Shown here: positions 10,776 through 24,989 of the stretch, piece by piece | Position numbering within the stretch: the stretch's first letter is position 1 | Layout: every line of letters starts with the position of its first letter | Made by a program: the position numbers and the translations under genes | Notes under the pieces: model-generated | What the model was told of the DNA's origin: nothing | The model's input: only the letters and a program-made list of their open reading frames with translations | The model's database searches: none | Assembly (NCBI RefSeq): GCF_018977255.1 | Contig: NW_024704742.1 | Coordinates: forward strand, 120,902,001 to 120,966,000 | Length of the DNA: 64,000 bases | Source: Callorhinchus milii | Lineage: Eukaryota | Direction of reading: 5' to 3'

Positions 10776-12929
10776 ATCAGATGCACAATTATTTCTGTAT
10801 TCATTTCCCTTTTATTATACGAATGCATAATTTATCTAAATACAAATTATAGTTTTTCTAGTTCATTTTTACATTCGTAAGTAACATTTTTATATTACTT
10901 TTTTTTCTTCCCATTTCTTTTCTTTTAAGGTTATTTTCTGGCCCCTTTTAAGTTGCCACAACATTGTTCAGCCACTGTCCAAATTATTAAATCTTTGTCC
11001 AAACACCAACCTGTTTGACCACATATTTGATCACCTTCCTTACAATGGCCCTTTCTCCCACCTTGCTTTCTGTTTTAACTGTGACCAGTAGTGCTACATG
11101 TCGTTTTCATAAAAATGCTTAATGCAACTCTGTTGACCTTCAATACATGACCAGTGATTCCGTAGGAGTTTTAATGATGCACAGCATTAAACTTTTTTGA
11201 AAGTACAATTTATAAATGGTAATTAAAACAACATCTCATCCAAACGATAATATTTCTGATAAACGGGATTGGACTGGAATACCAGCAAGGGCCAACATGG
11301 GGTTTGAATCCATAACCTTCTGCCACAGAAGAAAGAATACTACTCCCTGAGCCAAGTTAGCACACAGATGCACTGCAATATTCAAAGTTTTAAATAATTA
11401 TGAATTTCAATAAACAAACTTTTTAGATTTCCACAGCTCATTTTCACACAAGGACACTGTGTCACACGGACACAAGCTGTGTGCAATTACTTGTCACCAG
11501 TGTGCAGATGGAATACTAAAACTAACTTTTTTGAGGGTTGGACAAGTTCATTAATTGTATCAATTCTATTATAAAACCAAACATATGGGGGCATATGGGG
11601 TTTAAAAGAGACACACAACAATCTTTGGAACTCTATGTATGGAACTGAAAATTGTTCTTGTTGATAATATGCCAGAAAATAAAAATGTTTTATATGGTTC
11701 TGAGAATCTAGTGAGTGCTTGAGCCAGTTTGACATGATTACATTTTGATTTGATGCTAAAAGGTCAGTCACTGCAATTGCTAACAAGACGTGAAATTGGA
11801 GACATTTGTGTGATCTTCGTTCTAATCAGACAGGCATAATCATGTATTTGTAGCAAATACGTCATTGCTGAACAAAAATAGTGGTGTTTAAAGCAGCTCG
11901 ACCAACAATGCTCACATTTTATTGGTTTATTGACTTCTTTAACATTTAGAGTCATTCACACAACTGATTGAAACTACTGATGCTATATGGTTCTGTATAT
12001 TAAATAGTTGTTTTAAAATGTTCAGCATGACAGAGTTGAGAGAATTTTTATAGATATAAGTTAGGATTCATAAATTGAAAACAGAAAAATCAAATTGAAC
12101 ATTCAAAATATAGTGCTGAAAATGTTTTGAAGTGTTTTGACTACATATCATCCAGCAACAAAAGGAGGGATTCAGACCTACTCCAAGCCTCTGCAATGGG
12201 CTGGTCTCCAAAACATGGCAAGACGATACAATAAATGAATGACAACTCCAGTTGTTTTCCCACCTGCCCCCTCCCCCATCTGCATCCCCCAGTTCTGGGG
12301 TTCAGGCTTGCTGTATAGTAAATTGCCAGACGTGACCATGACCTTGGGACGTCCTCCTGATGTTAAAGGCGCTATACAAATGTAATTTTGTATTGTATGG
12401 TATCTGAGGACTCTGTGGTAGAGCACATTGTACGGTATATGCCACCAATACAGGCAACAGGCTACTTTATAGGCAATGCTTTATCGGAAAAATTTACAAT
12501 TGTACATTTTTTTTGAAACAACTGGCACCATCGAGTATCTATATAGATCTAGATTCTTTAAGCTTCATCTACAGCAAAATTTAAGAGAATCTAAAATCTA
12601 AGAACAAACTCTCTCACCTGGATGAATAAAGCGAAGCAGCTTTAGGATGGAACTGCTCCGATACGAACGATCTTCGGAGAATGAAAAGATTCGTATTGAA
12701 ATAAAGGTATTTTTGTCAAACAAAATTTCTAACTTGCAGATGGGAGTGGAAAATCCCAGCTACAGGAACTGGGCACATCCCTTTGTGGGGGTGTGTCAGC
12801 AGTCAGTCAGGAACTGGCTATTCTTACAAATTCCTCTGCAACGATTTCCACAGAAACAGGAAACCACTGGACAGGATAAACTCTCATATTTTCTCATGGA
12901 TTGTTTCTGGCAGGGAAAAACCCAGCAGT

Positions 12930-14265
12930 ATTTAGGTTCTATTCTTGAATGGTTCAGATCGTACCTCTCATATCGTTTCCACTTCATCTCCACAAACAGT
13001 TTCTCCTGTAGCCCCCACTCATGAGGCGTTCCTCAAGGCTCTGCCTTGGTCCTCTCCTCTTCAATATCTATATGATCCCTCTTGGTGACGTCATCCACAG
13101 ACATCCACATATATGCAGATGACACCCATCTGTACCTCTCTGCCTCCACCCTTGACTCCAGGACCACTGCTGTCCTGACAGAATGTCTGTCAGACATCAA
13201 GTCCTGGATGAGAGCTAACTTTCTTTAGCTGAAAGTCAACAAGATCGAGGCTCTCCTGATTGGCTCCTGTCAGCGCCTCCACACCTCAGGCGCTGACAGC
13301 ATCACTATCCATAGATGCACACTCCACCTCACTGAGCCAGTCTGGAACCTTGGCGTCTTGTTTGACCCTCAACTATCCTTTCCACTCCACATCAGTGCCA
13401 TGACCCGCTCTGCCTTCCCCCACCTCCGCAACATCACCCAGCTCCAACACTGTCTCACACCAAAGGCCGCTGAAACCCTCATACACACATTCATAACATC
13501 GAGACTCGACTATGCAAACACCCTGCTTGTCGGCCTCCTCAACTCTTCGCTCCATAGGTTGCAGATCATCCAGAACTCTGCAGCCCGTGTCCTCTCCCGC
13601 ACCGGGCTCCGTGACCCTATCAGCCCCATCCTCACCCGACTCCACTGGCTTCGCATCACACAGAGGATACACTTCAAGATCCTGGTCCTCACCTTCAAAG
13701 CCCTTCATGGTCTTGCTCCCCCCTACCTATGCGACCTCCTAACCCTCTACCAAAAAAAAATAATAAATTGATTATTTTCAATCCACGACTGTTTGTGGGA
13801 CACTGCTATGCGCAATTGGCTGCCGCGTTCGCCCACAAATATACAGTCAATTCACTTTACAGTATATTCTGTGAAGCGCTTTGGGACATCTAGAAGACGT
13901 GAAAAGCGCTATATCAAATGCAAGGATTATTATTATTATTATTACCATCCTGCCCACTCCTTCAGCTCTGTGGGCACCGGCCTGCATCACGTTCACCTTC
14001 ACATTGGCGGCGGGTCTTCTGCCACTCTGCTCCTACCCTCTGGAACTCCATCCCACAGTCCCTCCGCCTTGCCTCCTCCCTTGACTCCTTCAAGATCCAT
14101 CTCAAGACCCTCCTCTTCAACTGTGCTTTCAATCACACTCCTTGACCCCCTGTCCTCCACCCTCCCCAATCCCGACCTCCAGTTCTGGTCCGAAACACTG
14201 ACTGTCCAGCGCCTTAGGACGTCCTCCCGATATGAAAGGCGCTATACAAATGTAATTTTGTTGCT
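12930..14265 (+). mobile_element. L2-clade LINE 3' fragment interrupted by a SINE
   Basis: EWFRSYLS, tatgcagatgacacc (YADDT), SRLDYAN and LHWL..RIHFKILVLTFKALHG; same 3' tail as 6075-7800. Confidence 0.9.
13750..13943 (+). mobile_element. 5'-truncated SINE (Deu-like 3' body plus (ATT)n tail) inserted in L2
   Basis: tgtttgtgggacactgctatgcgcaattggctgccgcg...aaatgcaaggattattatt. L2 sequence resumes on both sides, with tacca at both junctions. Confidence 0.88.
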
Positions 14266-17159
14266 ATTTCCACAAAGTTAAACTTGTCAAATTAGAGAGC
14301 AGTAATTTTGTTTAATTAAAATAATGTCCTGCCTTATCTTATAACATGGACAACGCAATGTGAACAGGTTTAAACACAGCAATCGACAAGTTGCCTATCA
14401 CTTGACTATCAAAAATAGATTGTGATTCACACACTTTGGTGCTACAGGAGGCCATTTGTAATATTCTTTGATACTGTGATTCTAGGAGTAGGATTTGAGG
14501 GCCTGGAGGTGGCTTTTGTACTAAGAGTATTGGGTGAGATGGGAAAAGGCTCCAGATTTTGTGGGTTGCCGTACAACTGACTCTGATAGATATGACAATT
14601 AATGCTGAGAATGTTACCTTGAAAGCTACACAATGTACATTTTCAGTCTAATTGATTCCTTAGTTTAAAATGCTTGAAGATATCTTTACTAACAGATACA
14701 AACAATGGCTTAAAGACATGTGTAATGTGTTTCTCTCCATTGCAGTTATTCAGTTGTAAACAGTGAAGATAATTTGATCCACGTAAAGAGAAGAAAGTAT
14801 TTTACTTCCATTCAATAATCCATTTTTCAGTGGTTGTGCACAAATTGCCTGCCACGTTTGCAACAAATCCTGTGATGCACCTTGTGACGTCCTCCAGAAG
14901 TGAAAAGCACCATAATTCAATTCAAGGATTATTATTGTCAATTAAGTAATTTTACAAAAAAGTAGATTTGCACTACATACACAAACCAAATATCCATCTG
15001 AACATTGTTGATCCAAATAAAATAAGAGGCTTACGCAGGTGCAAGCAATGAATGAACAATTCTCATATAAAATTTAAGTCTCTCCAAACCACCTGTGGCT
15101 ATCTCACAACCTCCAAGCAACCTCAAATTACAGTAAACAATTTAGGTTATAAATATTCACCAATACGCAGAAAAAGGCTCATGTAATTCATACATCAACA
15201 GAAACATAAGTATTATGGAACCTAAATTGCATCCACCTCCATATGGCATTAGGAGAGGATTTTTTTTGGGGGGGCGAGAAAAGCTCTAAACTGAAGCATC
15301 AAAGTGTTTCGTAAAGCTTGCAATTGGTAACAAAACGCTGGACAATTATAGCAAATTAGAATTTACAAAGCACAAAAGCATCATGATGTGAACAGCAGCA
15401 ATTATTTACTCTTTTGAACTTCTAAGAGCTGGGCTGCTCCAAATCTTTTGGTGTGTAATTTGCATGCTTGAATGGGGAATTGCACATTGTACAGTAGCAT
15501 TTTCAGGTAGTCCTCAGTTTAAAGTGGAACTTGCAGACTTTCAAAGGATTGTGTTTTCAAAGCAGAATTAAAACCAGATGAGTGAGAGGGCAATGGGCCC
15601 AAAATATTGGCATCAGAAATAAATAGAAAATATTAAGGAAAGTTTGGAAGAATTTTAAAAAAATCCAAATAAATAGCCGGCCTTGCTGATAACACACTAT
15701 AATACTAAAGCTCAAGTGGAATAACTAAAGGCTCCATGGACTGAATGTCCTCCTTATTAGATATGACTGTCATTTATGTCTACAGAAATGAGGCACCCTA
15801 GATCATTCACAACGCATGTTCTGAGTAGGTTAGTGTCAACCTCACGTGGAAAGATATAAATCATGTGTCAGGATATTCTATTTAAACCATCCATCTAAGC
15901 ATGTCACTCGCAAATGACAAAAACACATCTCTTCTCTGTCCTTTAAACAGAAAAGATTTGCGAATTTTTTTTCACAAAGATGCTGATTGACCACTGAAGA
16001 ATTGCTTTCATTGATTCTGAAAGTTTATAATATAAATCAACAAATTTCTATTTTTTTACACCAAATTGAACCAAATAACTGTGTTGCTTTCATAAGCAAT
16101 TTGAAAGTGCCATAGAGTAATTTGGTACAATATCAGCTCTATTCAATCCTTTTATTTTTCCCCCCATTTGTGAAATAGTCAAAAATTGACAATTCAAACA
16201 ATACTCACTTAAATTATTTTCTAATGTAAAATTCACCCTCTACTTTGAAATACTCAGTGCAATTTTTTTAAATTGCCAGAATGTATCATCAATATTAATG
16301 TAGCCAGATTCAATGAAGATCTGTTTCAGCTTTTATAAATAATAAATCAGTGCTTTCCAACAGGATAATATAGCGCATTAAAATAATGCTTCTTACCAAA
16401 AAGACAATTAAATTACAAATTCCACAACTTAACACTTCTAATACTCTACGTATATAATTGTAAATTACTTACTGTAAGTAAATTCTTATTATACCTTGAG
16501 CTCACGGTCTAATACTTCAGTACAGTGCTGGGGTTTGAGACGTTAGGCTGACGTCCTGTCTTGCCTATTGTTATGTTAAAGATCTCATAGCACGAGCCAT
16601 AAAATGAAGAGCATTTTGCACTGTGTCCTGACCAACAATTCTCCAGATAAAAATTGGTCATTCATATCATGGCTGCTTGTGGGACATACCTTTGCAAAAC
16701 ATCAGCTGCCTAGAGTCAGTATAGTTCACAGTAAATCCTGTGAAACGCTTTGAGACATCTCAATGACGTCCATTAATCAGTGATATTGCTTCAAGCACAG
16801 AAGCATGATTTCTGGAATAAATGACAAATCCTTTCATCCAGATTAACTCTCAATCTACATTGCAGCAGAAACTATGGAATTAAATCACAATTCTTTCTAA
16901 ATTATTTCCACCTCTGTTTACATAACTATATGTAACACTAATTATAGGCTGTGAAAATCATCATCAATCTATAAAGAATTATCAAGGTATGAATACTCAT
17001 AATTTCTTCTTTGTTGTTCATGGTTGTTGCCAATAAGTAGTTGCATCTTTAGTAGAATTGTTAGATAGCATCTTTCTATTTTTATGAAAGAATTCTCCTG
17101 AGAAACATTTTGCGTAACTCACTCAGTTGATATAGGGAACATAAATTTGGAGGCATGAC

Positions 17160-17700
17160 AGCCCTCTCCTCCTGAACCTCCACATGCTACCTCTTGGTAA
17201 CATCACCTGCAGATATGGGGTCAACTTCCACATGTATGCAGATGACACCCAACTCTACCTCTCTGCCTCCACCCTTGATTCCAGGACCACTGCTGTCCTC
17301 ACAGACTGCGGGAGCTAACTTTCTACAGTTGAACGTCAGCAAGAACGAGGCTTTCCTGATTGGTGCCAGCGCCTCCGACCTCAGGCACTGACAGCATCAG
17401 CATCCACCGATGCACACTCCATCTCACCAAGCCAGTCAGGAACCTAGGTGTCTTGTTCAACCCTCAACTGTCCTTTCTCCCCCATATCCATGTCATGACC
17501 TCTGCCTTCCCCCACCTCTGTAACATTGCCCGACGTCTCCACTGCTTCATACCTCAGGCCGCCGAAACTCTCACATATGCCTTCGTTACATCCAGGCTCA
17601 ACTATGCCAGCGGCCTGCTTATTGGACTCCCTAACTCCTCCATCCATTGGCTGCCGATCATCCAGAACTCTGCAGCCTGTGTCCTTTCCCACACCAGGCT
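17160..17700 (+). mobile_element. L2 RT fragment
   Basis: atgtatgcagatgacacccaactctac (MYADDTQLY); ORF 17360..17755 contains VRNLGVLFNPQLSF and SRLNYA. Confidence 0.88.
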
Positions 17701-17799
17701 TTTGCTTTCACCATTCCATGAGACATTCTCTGGCCTTGATTCAACATCTGCCTGAATCGCATGACTGAGATTGGGAATTCAGCAAGTGGAGCATCACAA

Positions 17800-18118
17800 C
17801 TATAATAATAATCCTTGCGTTTGATATAGCGCTTTTCACGTCTTCTAGGTGTCCCAAAGCGCTTCACAGAATATACTGTAAAGTGAATTGACTGTATATT
17901 TGTGGGCGAACGCGGCAGCCAATTGCGCACAGCAATGTCCCACAAACAGTCGTAGATTGAAAATGACCAATTTATTATTGCTTTTGTTTTGGTTTTGGAG
18001 GGATTATTATTAGGCGTGTGGAGTAAGGAAACTTGCCCAAGGTTTCGCCCTGCCTGGAATTGAACTCAGGTCTCTCACTTGTAAAGTGAGTGCTCTAACC
18101 ACTGAGCTACAGGACTAG
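17800..18118 (-). mobile_element. Full-length tRNA-headed SINE (short subfamily)
   Basis: Reverse complement of the 41621-41938 type: A box tagctcagtgg, B box gagttcaattcc, (ATT)n tail. Confidence 0.9.
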
Positions 18119-18794
18119 GAATCTGTCCCTGCTTCTCAACACATCGTATCATGAGCTGCAGTTAATAATCACTCAGAAAGATTAACTTTTCCCCCAATTC
18201 ATTTGAAAATATGAACTACAAGTATTATTTCCAAAAATCAAAAGATTTGCATTTACTGTAATTAAGAAAGATTCAGCTCTTAATCCAAGACTATCTGAAG
18301 GGCTCTCAAAAAAACTTTGTTCTCTCAGAGGGAACATTATTACTGTGCTTCTTTTATTGGCATAATTATCAATTATATTCTATCAAATTGTCAGCTGGGA
18401 AAACACAAAACTAATAATGACCCAAATCCTTTCTGATCTTAAGCATCCATATCTGAATACCATTAAATATAATTATTTATAGCCATCAGTATGGACAGGA
18501 TATAAATATAGGATATAATATTTTCCAATGGGTGTTGAAGTTCTATTTTATGTTCTAAAACACTGTTAATAACTTTGATATCAGCTCAACTGACCATGGA
18601 ATCCTTGATGTGGCCACAAATGGAACTGTGTTCATTCCCCAGCAAAGGGAGTGACGTCTGTGGCCCTTCTTGTACATAGCATGCAGGAAGTGATATTAGT
18701 GGCGACTTAATGTCTCTTTGTGCTTTTCTGGTATGTCAGTAGACATACCAGGATATTTCCTCACCTACACAGAATGTATTTCCAAGGACTGTGA

Positions 18795-19078
18795 AGTTCT
18801 GTAGCTCAGTGGTTAGAGCACTCGCCTTGCAAACGAGAGATCTGGGTTTCAATTCCCGGCTGGGTGAAACATTGGGCAAGTTTCCCTACTCCACAGGCCT
18901 CTGTTTAACTAACTGTAAGTAGGAACCCGGTCATTAGTCAATTGACACTCTCCCTCAATCCCACCGCCTTGTCCCCTCTCTTCCCTATTTCCCACTCCCC
19001 GGAGTCAGGGTCTGCCACTGATAAGTGCTCTGAGATGGTACCCTGCATGGAGGGCGTTATATAAGTCCAAGTTGTTAT
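18795..19078 (+). mobile_element. tRNA-SINE 5' part joined to an L2 3' tail
   Basis: tgtagctcagtggttagagcactcgccttgcaa...gggcaagtttccc, followed by agggcgttatataagtccaagttgtt. Confidence 0.7.
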
Positions 19079-19299
19079 TAAATCCGCTCACCAATTCCAG
19101 AGTTAAAAGCAATCTTAGGGATTGGGAAAAATAAGAATGTAATTTATCACAAAGTAATCATTTGTTTGAACAGAATAAATATCCAGTTCTATCAGCCTGG
19201 CTATTTTTGCACCTCATTTACCTGCATCTTTTGTCTCTGCAGTTTTACTTGTAGCTCCGTTACGCTGCAATCACTTTGGAAACTTTTCTGTGAAGATTC

Positions 19300-19680
19300 T
19301 CTTTCCTCACTGACTATCCAGAACCCGAATGCCTGTGTCCTTTCCCACACTAGCCTATCACCCCCTGCTCAGCTCACCAAGCTAGATGGACACCCATTCC
19401 CCAGCAGATCAAGTTCAAGATCCTCTTTCTCATCTTTAATCCCTCCATGGCCTAGCCCCACCCTACCTCTGCAACCTTCTCAAACTATATCAATCTTGTC
19501 GCTCCCTCTACTCAATGGGCCTGCTCCATGTCCCCCAACATGCCTGGTCCACCATCAGCAGTTGGGCCTTCAGCTTATCTACTCCCACCCTCTGGAACTC
19601 CATCCCGGAGCCCCTCCAACTCACATTCTCCCTCACCTCATTTGAGGTAAATCTCAAGACAATTTTGACAAGGTCAATTT
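19300..19680 (+). mobile_element. Decayed L2 3' fragment
   Basis: atccagaac...ttcaagatcct...ctctggaactccatccc (TLWNSIP). Confidence 0.75.
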
Positions 19681-20379
19681 TCCCCTCTCTTCTGAAAACA
19701 TTGACTCTTGCAACCAGCAACGTTAGTGACTAGAGATCTGAACCATGACAGATTTTCTCTTCCTTAGTCCAATGAATCAGTTCAGAAATCATCACATTCC
19801 TTGTGCACAATACCATTGGGATTCAAGTTTGTCTGATCTTTCCCAAACTGGTCAAAACATTCTCATGACAATGGTGCTCTCCACATCCTCTGAATAATAC
19901 GAATGATAATCTTGGCTATTTAAGGATCTTTCAATTTTGTGTGTCATGCTCATCAACTGTTGGGAGTTATCACAAACCTTATTTTGTCCTTTTACACTAT
20001 GGCACCCTATGACTGGTTAGCACTGTCTCCTTTTCTGGGACTCTGCTCTGCTTCTTATATTCCTTAACTCTAATAATATCCCCCCACCCCAAGCCTAGGG
20101 CTTAAAGTCTCCAAGGTCATGCTGAGAGAGGGCAATCATCCTGCTGGGTTACTTCCACTGTACACTGGCTGATAAAAGATATTTGGGAGAGTGATGTGTA
20201 CTATTTCCCCTTGGACTTTTCCTCAAGAAAACACCTCCCAATACCAGATACCTGCCTGAACCATTATGGCTGAGTCTGGAAACAATGGTATCTATGGTAC
20301 ACCTACTGTTAAAACTAGCAATCTTGTTAACCCATCTTTAGGGATAGAGTTACCTGTGATGAGAGATATTACTTAGGAT

Positions 20380-21165
20380 GATAGACTGGAGGAAATGGTG
20401 CTATTTTCACAAGAAGAGGTTGAGAGGAGACCCAATAAAAGTTTTTTTTTTTAATTGATTAAAAAAAATAAGGACACCATTTTTCACTGTTTGATGAGTG
20501 GATAACTAGCGGTCTATAGATTTAAAGATGTAAGGGAATTACCAAAAGAGTAAAGGAAGAAGTTCAAAAAAAATTTTAGAACAGGTTATTAGGATATGGA
20601 ATGACCTACTTAGATTGCTAGTCCAGGTAGAATTTATTAGATTACTAGAAGAAATTAGATAAATAACTGAAATGAGGAAAAGCAGGAGATTGGAATCAAA
20701 TAATAATAATCCTTGCATTTGATATAGTGTCTTATCATGTCTTCTAGATGTCTCAAAGCGCTTCACAGAATATGCTGTAAAATGGGCGATCTGTGGCAAC
20801 CAATTGCGCACAGCAGTGTTCCACAAACAAGGGATTATTACGCCCAGAAAAGCGATTTGGCCAATTGACTAACGACTGGGTTCTTACTGCTAGGTAAACA
20901 GAGGCATGTGGATTCAGGAAATCTTGCCTAACATTTCGCCCTGCTTGGGAATGAAACCCAGATCCTCTCACTGCAAGGCGAGTGCTCTAACCAATACCCT
21001 ACAGGACTCCATGTCCGTTTTCATTGTTTCATGAGTGGACAACTAGCAAGCATAGATTTAAAGCAATTACCAAACAAGTAAAGGAGAGGTTAGGAGAAGG
21101 AGCTATTTATCCGTTAAATGGATAGATAGCTCTTTCAGAGTCAAGGCTGAATGGCCTTCTTCTGC
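20380..21165 (+). mobile_element. Decayed CR1-type LINE 3' end with an antisense SINE inserted at ~20700-21010
   Basis: gaggttgagaggagac...aggttattaggatatggaatgacct and ggctgaatggccttct are CR1 3' hallmarks; the SINE tail and head lie on the minus strand inside. Confidence 0.65.
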
Positions 21166-21944
21166 CCCTAAATTTCTATGGTTCCATAAGATGTAAAACA
21201 GTAATAAATTCCAATTTTTACGTCACTTGAAAACACGGATCTTGAGCAGTGACCTAAAGCTTTAGAGGACTGCAGCACCAGCCAACACCACGTTAACACT
21301 TCTGAACAGATCTTCAACTGAGTTAAGCTAAATATCTTTATATTTAAAACTAAGTATGTCAATGACAAAAAGATGTACAAATCACCTAAACATTAAACGT
21401 CTGAAAAAAATGTTTTTACCTTGTTACTAGTCATACTATAATCATGCCAAATGAGGATGGTCTCCAATATTCTTTTTGGCTTAGTTCATTCAGTTTGGCA
21501 AAGGAAAGAACAGATGTACCTATAACTAATGGCAGGAAATAAACAGTTATGGACCAAAATAAAATGACTGTTTGGCAAAACGCACAAATATGCCAAAGCA
21601 GCTATGGGATGGTTTTTAATTAAATGTATGCAATTCGATTTTGTGCTATGTGAAATATTCGCGATAGTCATTAATATGAAAGCTGCCTTCAGCATCATGC
21701 AACATTTAGGTCTGAATTGCAGTCCTTATTTAGTGCTGTAAATTCCATCCAAACAAAAAAAGAGAAAATGCAACAGGATATCAAAAAGGTAACAGTTTAC
21801 ATGCCAAATACCACGCAGCTTCTTCTTATTTCAGATACAAATAAACCAAACTTTGCCTTTCCTCGATTTCAAACTCAATAAAAGAAGAATTTACAGCAGT
21901 TAATGAACAATTATGGAAAGAAATAAAACAAATGGCCATAATAC

Positions 21945-22535
21945 TAATAATAATCCTTGCATTTGATATTGCACCTTATCACGTCTTTGAGACGTCTCAA
22001 AGGACTTCACAGGTATACTGTAAAGTTGATTGTGTATTTTGTGGGCAAAATATGATAGTCAGTTGCAGACAACAATGTCCCCAAAACAGCCATGGAGTGA
22101 GTGACCAGTTTTATTTGGGGGATTGTTGGCCAGGATACTGAGAGAAACTATTTCTCTTTTCGAATAGTGCCATGGAATCTTTAACATCCACCTGAACAGG
22201 CAAATGAGACTTCGGTTTATCGTCTCGTCCAAAGGAAGGCACCTCAGAAAATGCAAGAACCCCCCAGCCCTGCATTGGAGTGCCATCTTAGACTATGTGA
22301 TCCAAGTCCCGACATGAGGCTTCAACCTACAATTATAATAATAACCCTTGCATTTGATATAGCACCTTATCATGTTGTTGAGATAATAATAATCCTTGCA
22401 TTTGATATAGCGCTTTTCACGTCGGGAGGACGTCCCAAAGCGCTTCACAGAACACACTGTAAAGTGAATTAACTGTATATTTGTGGGCGAAACACAACCT
22501 TCTGATTCAGATGTGAGAGTGCTACCCCAATGCCA
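21945..22535 (-). mobile_element. Older Deu-domain SINE (SacSINE1/AmnSINE1-like) with younger SINE tails nested at ~22333-22490
   Basis: Minus strand reads gcactctcacatctgaatcagaagg...ggtggatgttaaagattccatggcactattcgaaaagag, recognised as Deu-type sequence. Confidence 0.75.
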
Positions 22536-22565
22536 CAAACAAATATGATATTTGTTTGGTTAACT

Positions 22566-22720
22566 GAGTCAACATTTCGGTTCCACAGTTCTGACAAAGG
22601 GTCGTGGACCCGAAACGTTGACTCACTTTCCTTTCTCCATAGATGCTGCCTGACCTGCTGAGTGTTCCCGTGACTTCTGTTTTTGTATCAGATTTCCAGC
22701 ATCTGCAGTATTTTGCATAC
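22566..22720 (+). mobile_element. Penelope-like element terminal fragment
   Basis: ctgacaaagggtcgtggacccgaaacgttgact...agatgctgcctgacctgctgagt...agatttccagcatctgcagtatttt is typical of fish Penelope-type ends (recalled), with a short inverted duplication at its 5' side. Confidence 0.7.
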
Positions 22721-23709
22721 AGTTTATACTGTTGGAAGTGATAGGAAGAGCAACAGGTCATTTGGCCCATTGAGCCTGTTCTGCCATTTTATCAGATCAT
22801 TGAGGATCTACCAATCCTACGTCCTCACCTTTTCTCCATGCACTTTTAAACGTCCAAATAATGTTTTCATTAAATGGCCTTCTAGTGCATTAAACATTCA
22901 CACAATTCTGCAGTGTGATGAACTGTCTTCTGATTTCACTTCTAAGTGGCTTGCCTCTAATTTGAAACTACGGCCCGAAGTTTTGGATCCTTCTACCAAA
23001 AGAAAGAATCACGGAATGGACAGAGGAATGCGGCAAAATAGCTGAAACGTGGGTCTGAATAGACGAGGGACATGAAGCAGGTTAAGGGGCAGAAATCAGG
23101 TCAGAGTTGGAAGGGCAAAGGGGGTGGGGGCATAGCAGTTGGATCACAAGAGATCATAGAAGCAGAGTGTGACAAGATCATGGAAGTATTTGTAAGGGAA
23201 AGGACATTAAAGTCAATCCACTGAGGATAGGGAGCCAGTGAAGCCAAGCAGGAATAGAGCAATTTCTAATGGGATTAAGCATTGGCATGGGGATTCTTTC
23301 CTCAGGAAATCATTTTGAACTGCTGGAACTGTGTTCTGATTGAAGTTGGAGTAAAGCTCTTATGGCTGGTGAGTCATACTAATGGTTTAGTTGTTAAGAA
23401 ATCCTGTTGGATACCACTGAATATTAAAAAACACTTATTACAATTTCATAATAGTCTCATTAAAATGCTTCATACTTCTGCTGATGCCTTAGAAATGAGA
23501 CAGCATTTGGATGGTAATATATTGTTTTAGCTTTCCTCTGTGGGTCCCAAAGCAAGCCTCAATAAATCATTGAGAAGCTGTGATCCACTGGTATGTGAAT
23601 ATTTTTTACACACAGTAGAGCATTCTTTCTGTGCACTGGTATAACATAATGCTTCTAACCACCAATTCATAAAAACTGTTGCATGTCTTTTATAAGGTAA
23701 TTATCTAAA

Positions 23710-24245
23710 GCAGCGTCATTAGAGCCCCGCACCAAACCCCCATCCTCGCCTGGCTCCACTGGCTCCCAATTCAAAATCCTAGTCCTCGCTTTCAAAGCCC
23801 TCCCTGCCCTTGCTCCTCCTTACCTCTGTGACTTGGACGTCCTCCTGTTGTAAAAGGCACTATTCAAATGTAATTTCTTGTTGTTGCTAACCACTGTCCA
23901 AACTGCCTCTCTCCCTCTGCTCAGCAGACTCTGGCCTGCTTCACGTCCCCTGCCCTGCTTGCCCCACCAATGACAATTAAGCCTTTTAATCCTTTCTGCC
24001 CCCACCCTTTGGTATTCTGTTCCATAGTTCCTTCGCCTCGCCCGCACCCTTGCTTCCTTCAAGGCACGTCTCAAGACCTTCCTCTTCAACCACGCCTTCG
24101 GTCACCTTCCTACCCCCACCATCTCTGCCCTCAACCCCTCCTGATGCCAACCCCCAGCTCACGTGCAAATCCTGGACTGTCCAACGGCTTGGGACGTCCT
24201 CCTGATGTGAAAGACACTATACAAATGTAATCTGTTTCTGTTGTT
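23710..24245 (+). mobile_element. Decayed L2 3' end with an extra L2 tail stub inserted at ~23835-23885
   Basis: ctccactggctccc...ttcaaagccctcc; the tail ggacgtcctcctgatgtgaaa...tacaaatgtaat occurs twice. Confidence 0.8.
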
Positions 24246-24989
24246 AAAAAGGAACATTAACCTCAATCACATCTGATAAACTTTCTCACCATAGAACACA
24301 TAATACTTCTATAAACATGCATGCTATTACATGTCAAACCCGTGTGAATAAGTAGGCTCAATATTTGTGATAGCTCACAATTATATGAGATTTATGAAGT
24401 GACAGGTAGCAGATGGAATAAAGATATTTAAATTGAGAAACGGCCACATGAATGTGCAGTTATTTCTCTCATTCTCCCTCCTCCCTGCACCAGCTCGTCG
24501 TTTTTATATAAAAAAAAGACAATATTCACACTTTAACAAACTTAAGTCTCACATTCCTAAATATGAAAAATCATTAAAGGCCATCTCTGGAGGCCAATCT
24601 CTGGCATGTACCCTCCTTTGAGAGGGGCAGATTAAAAACACCCATGCGCCGTTTAAATGATGACCAACTCCTGGATGGCAGTGGAGAAGCAGCTAAAAAT
24701 TGCCGTATCTGATGGTATCCATAGGTCCAGGACTTCTGAGCCATTATACTCCAATGTTTACCATAGACACTCAATTAACTTCCTCTGTTATTATTTTGCA
24801 TTGTACTCGTACCACTCTCTATCCGACACTGATACTCACCATCAGGTCACCAAGGCATTTTGTGCTGTTGACCTATTTTTTGGGAGTGAGAGACTCAATT
24901 CTTTCCAAACAATTCAAACCACTTTTGACTCAATTAGAAGGAATGCCTGGAAGATATTTTAGGGTTCCTTTACTATTGGTGCTCAGTGT

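Noticed and set aside
13793..14281. Recurrent ORFs such as [22 protein letters not shown]...YYYY seen as a multicopy peptide family
   Set aside because: They are translations of the SINE 3' body and (ATT)n tail.
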